A DNA stretch of 64,000 bases, from the NCBI GenBank assembly GCA_963630775.1, contig CAVGNU010000002.1, forward strand, positions 3,406 through 67,405, written 5' to 3'. The position numbers were made by a program, and so were the translations under genes. The notes beneath the pieces are model-generated. The model made no database searches, was not told where the DNA came from, and saw only the letters and a list, made by a program, of their open reading frames with translations. Position 1 is the first letter of the stretch, and each line of letters opens with the position of its first letter. This document shows, one piece after another, positions 63,200-64,000 of the stretch. The DNA comes from Bacteroides fragilis. Lineage in GTDB: Bacteria; Pseudomonadota; Alphaproteobacteria; Rs-D84.

Positions 63200-64000
63200 A
63201 TGAGAAAAATAGCATTGTTTTTATGCCTGCTGCCGACGCTGGCATATGGCACAGATGACGATTGTGCCACGCGAACAACCGTGCCAGCGGGGCGTATGAA
63301 CCTGCCACAGGTGGTGGATCTGGGTCTGTGCCGCAACCCAACAACCACGGCATCTTATTATGCATTGCAGTCCGCGCGTTTTGCAAAAAATGCTGGTTAT
63401 GCAAATTATCTGCCGAATGTATCGGCGTCTGCATCGGCATCATTGCCATATCGTAACAAAGAGTGGGGCGATTGGTCATATGGGGCGTCACTGTCTGCAT
63501 CATATTTACTGTTTGATTTTGGCAAGCGTTTGGCGGACGTAAACCAGTTGACGGCCTCATGGCGTGCGGCGGGGTTTGACTATGACGAAAATGTCCAGAA
63601 TTATATCTATGGCATTATTGGCGCATACTATAATTTGCTGAATGCTGACGCCGACGTCAAAAGCGCAGAGAGTTTGCGCACCGTTGCCCAGACCGCGCGT
63701 GATACTGCCGCCAAAAAGTTCAAGGCGGGTTCAGTTGCCAAGGCCGACGTACTGAAAGCCGACACCACATTAGCCAGTCGTAATTTGGATTTGGAACGCG
63801 CAAAAAACAATCGTGAAATTGCCAAGGGCGCATTGTTGGCTAAATTGTCTTTCCCTGCAACACAGGAAATCGAGATTGCCGACATGCCATCTGAATTTGG
63901 TCGCGCGTCTGAAATCCAGAATGTCGAAGAATTGATAGAAATTGCACAAAAGTCACGTCCCGACCTGTTAAAGGCCACGGCCAACAAGGACGCAGCGTGG
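63200..64000 (+). CDS. TolC-family outer-membrane efflux protein (3' end outside the window)
   Basis: ATG 63200 after GAGAG. Signal peptide MRKIALFLCLLPTLAYG. OEP-repeat features (YLPNVSASASAS..., AKKFKAGSVAKADVLKADTTLA). Open to the window end, so it is absent from the ORF track. Confidence 0.8.
   Translation, partial: MRKIALFLCLLPTLAYGTDDDCATRTTVPAGRMNLPQVVDLGLCRNPTTTASYYALQSARFAKNAGYANYLPNVSASASASLPYRNKEWGDWSYGASLSASYLLFDFGKRLADVNQLTASWRAAGFDYDENVQNYIYGIIGAYYNLLNADADVKSAESLRTVAQTARDTAAKKFKAGSVAKADVLKADTTLASRNLDLERAKNNREIAKGALLAKLSFPATQEIEIADMPSEFGRASEIQNVEELIEIAQKSRPDLLKATANKDAAW

Overview
This is a chromosomal segment of a Gram-negative bacterium. It fits an alphaproteobacterium best (sigma-32 RpoH, alpha-type SspB, a DUF4167-like protein, and Pal/LptD/LptF/LpxD/FabZ/Skp envelope genes). 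It may be host-associated: it has an orphan VirD4-type coupling protein, kinase-like and Cys-rich secreted proteins, and classical operons that are broken up. Most of the roughly 60 genes are housekeeping (rluD, dnaX, lpxD, fabZ, der, rsmE, rpoH, infB, nusA, lptF, lptD, surA-like, rlmN, ybaB, pnp, rpsO, truB, mutS, xseB, parB, parA, rsmG, gpsA, pal, udg, infC, mreB, rnpA, yidD, accB, accC, sspB, recF, and a partial tolC-like gene). There are also tRNA-Val(TAC) and tRNA-Cys(GCA). No rRNA, CRISPR array, transposase or integrase is visible. The parts worth a second look are listed below.

1. An operon of three large paralogous prepilin-like proteins with a tail-fibre/PilV-like motif, plus an orphan small pilin after dnaX.
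2. A protein of about 1000 aa with about 40 cysteines in two kinds of repeated module.
3. A family of heptanucleotide-periodic intergenic elements built around a GTGCGCC-N3-4-GGCGCAC hairpin and sandwiched between stereotyped terminators (9 loci).
4. A second repeat family, CCCTCCCC...CCCCTCC-GAT-GGAGGGG, whose inner hairpin changes by compensatory substitutions.
5. A structured RNA of about 200 nt that ends in a terminator, upstream of an AT-rich glycosyltransferase gene.
6. A promoter, small RNA and terminator/antiterminator leader in front of a small Cys-rich secreted protein.
7. A 1-kb HExxH-protein cassette bounded by identical 16-bp palindromic repeats, inserted between parA and rsmG.
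8. A 17-bp duplication of the tRNA-Val 3' end.
9. Several sigma70-like promoters whose -10 box lies 6-9 nt from the ATG, which suggests leaderless mRNAs.

All functional calls come from motif recognition by eye. No database search was run.
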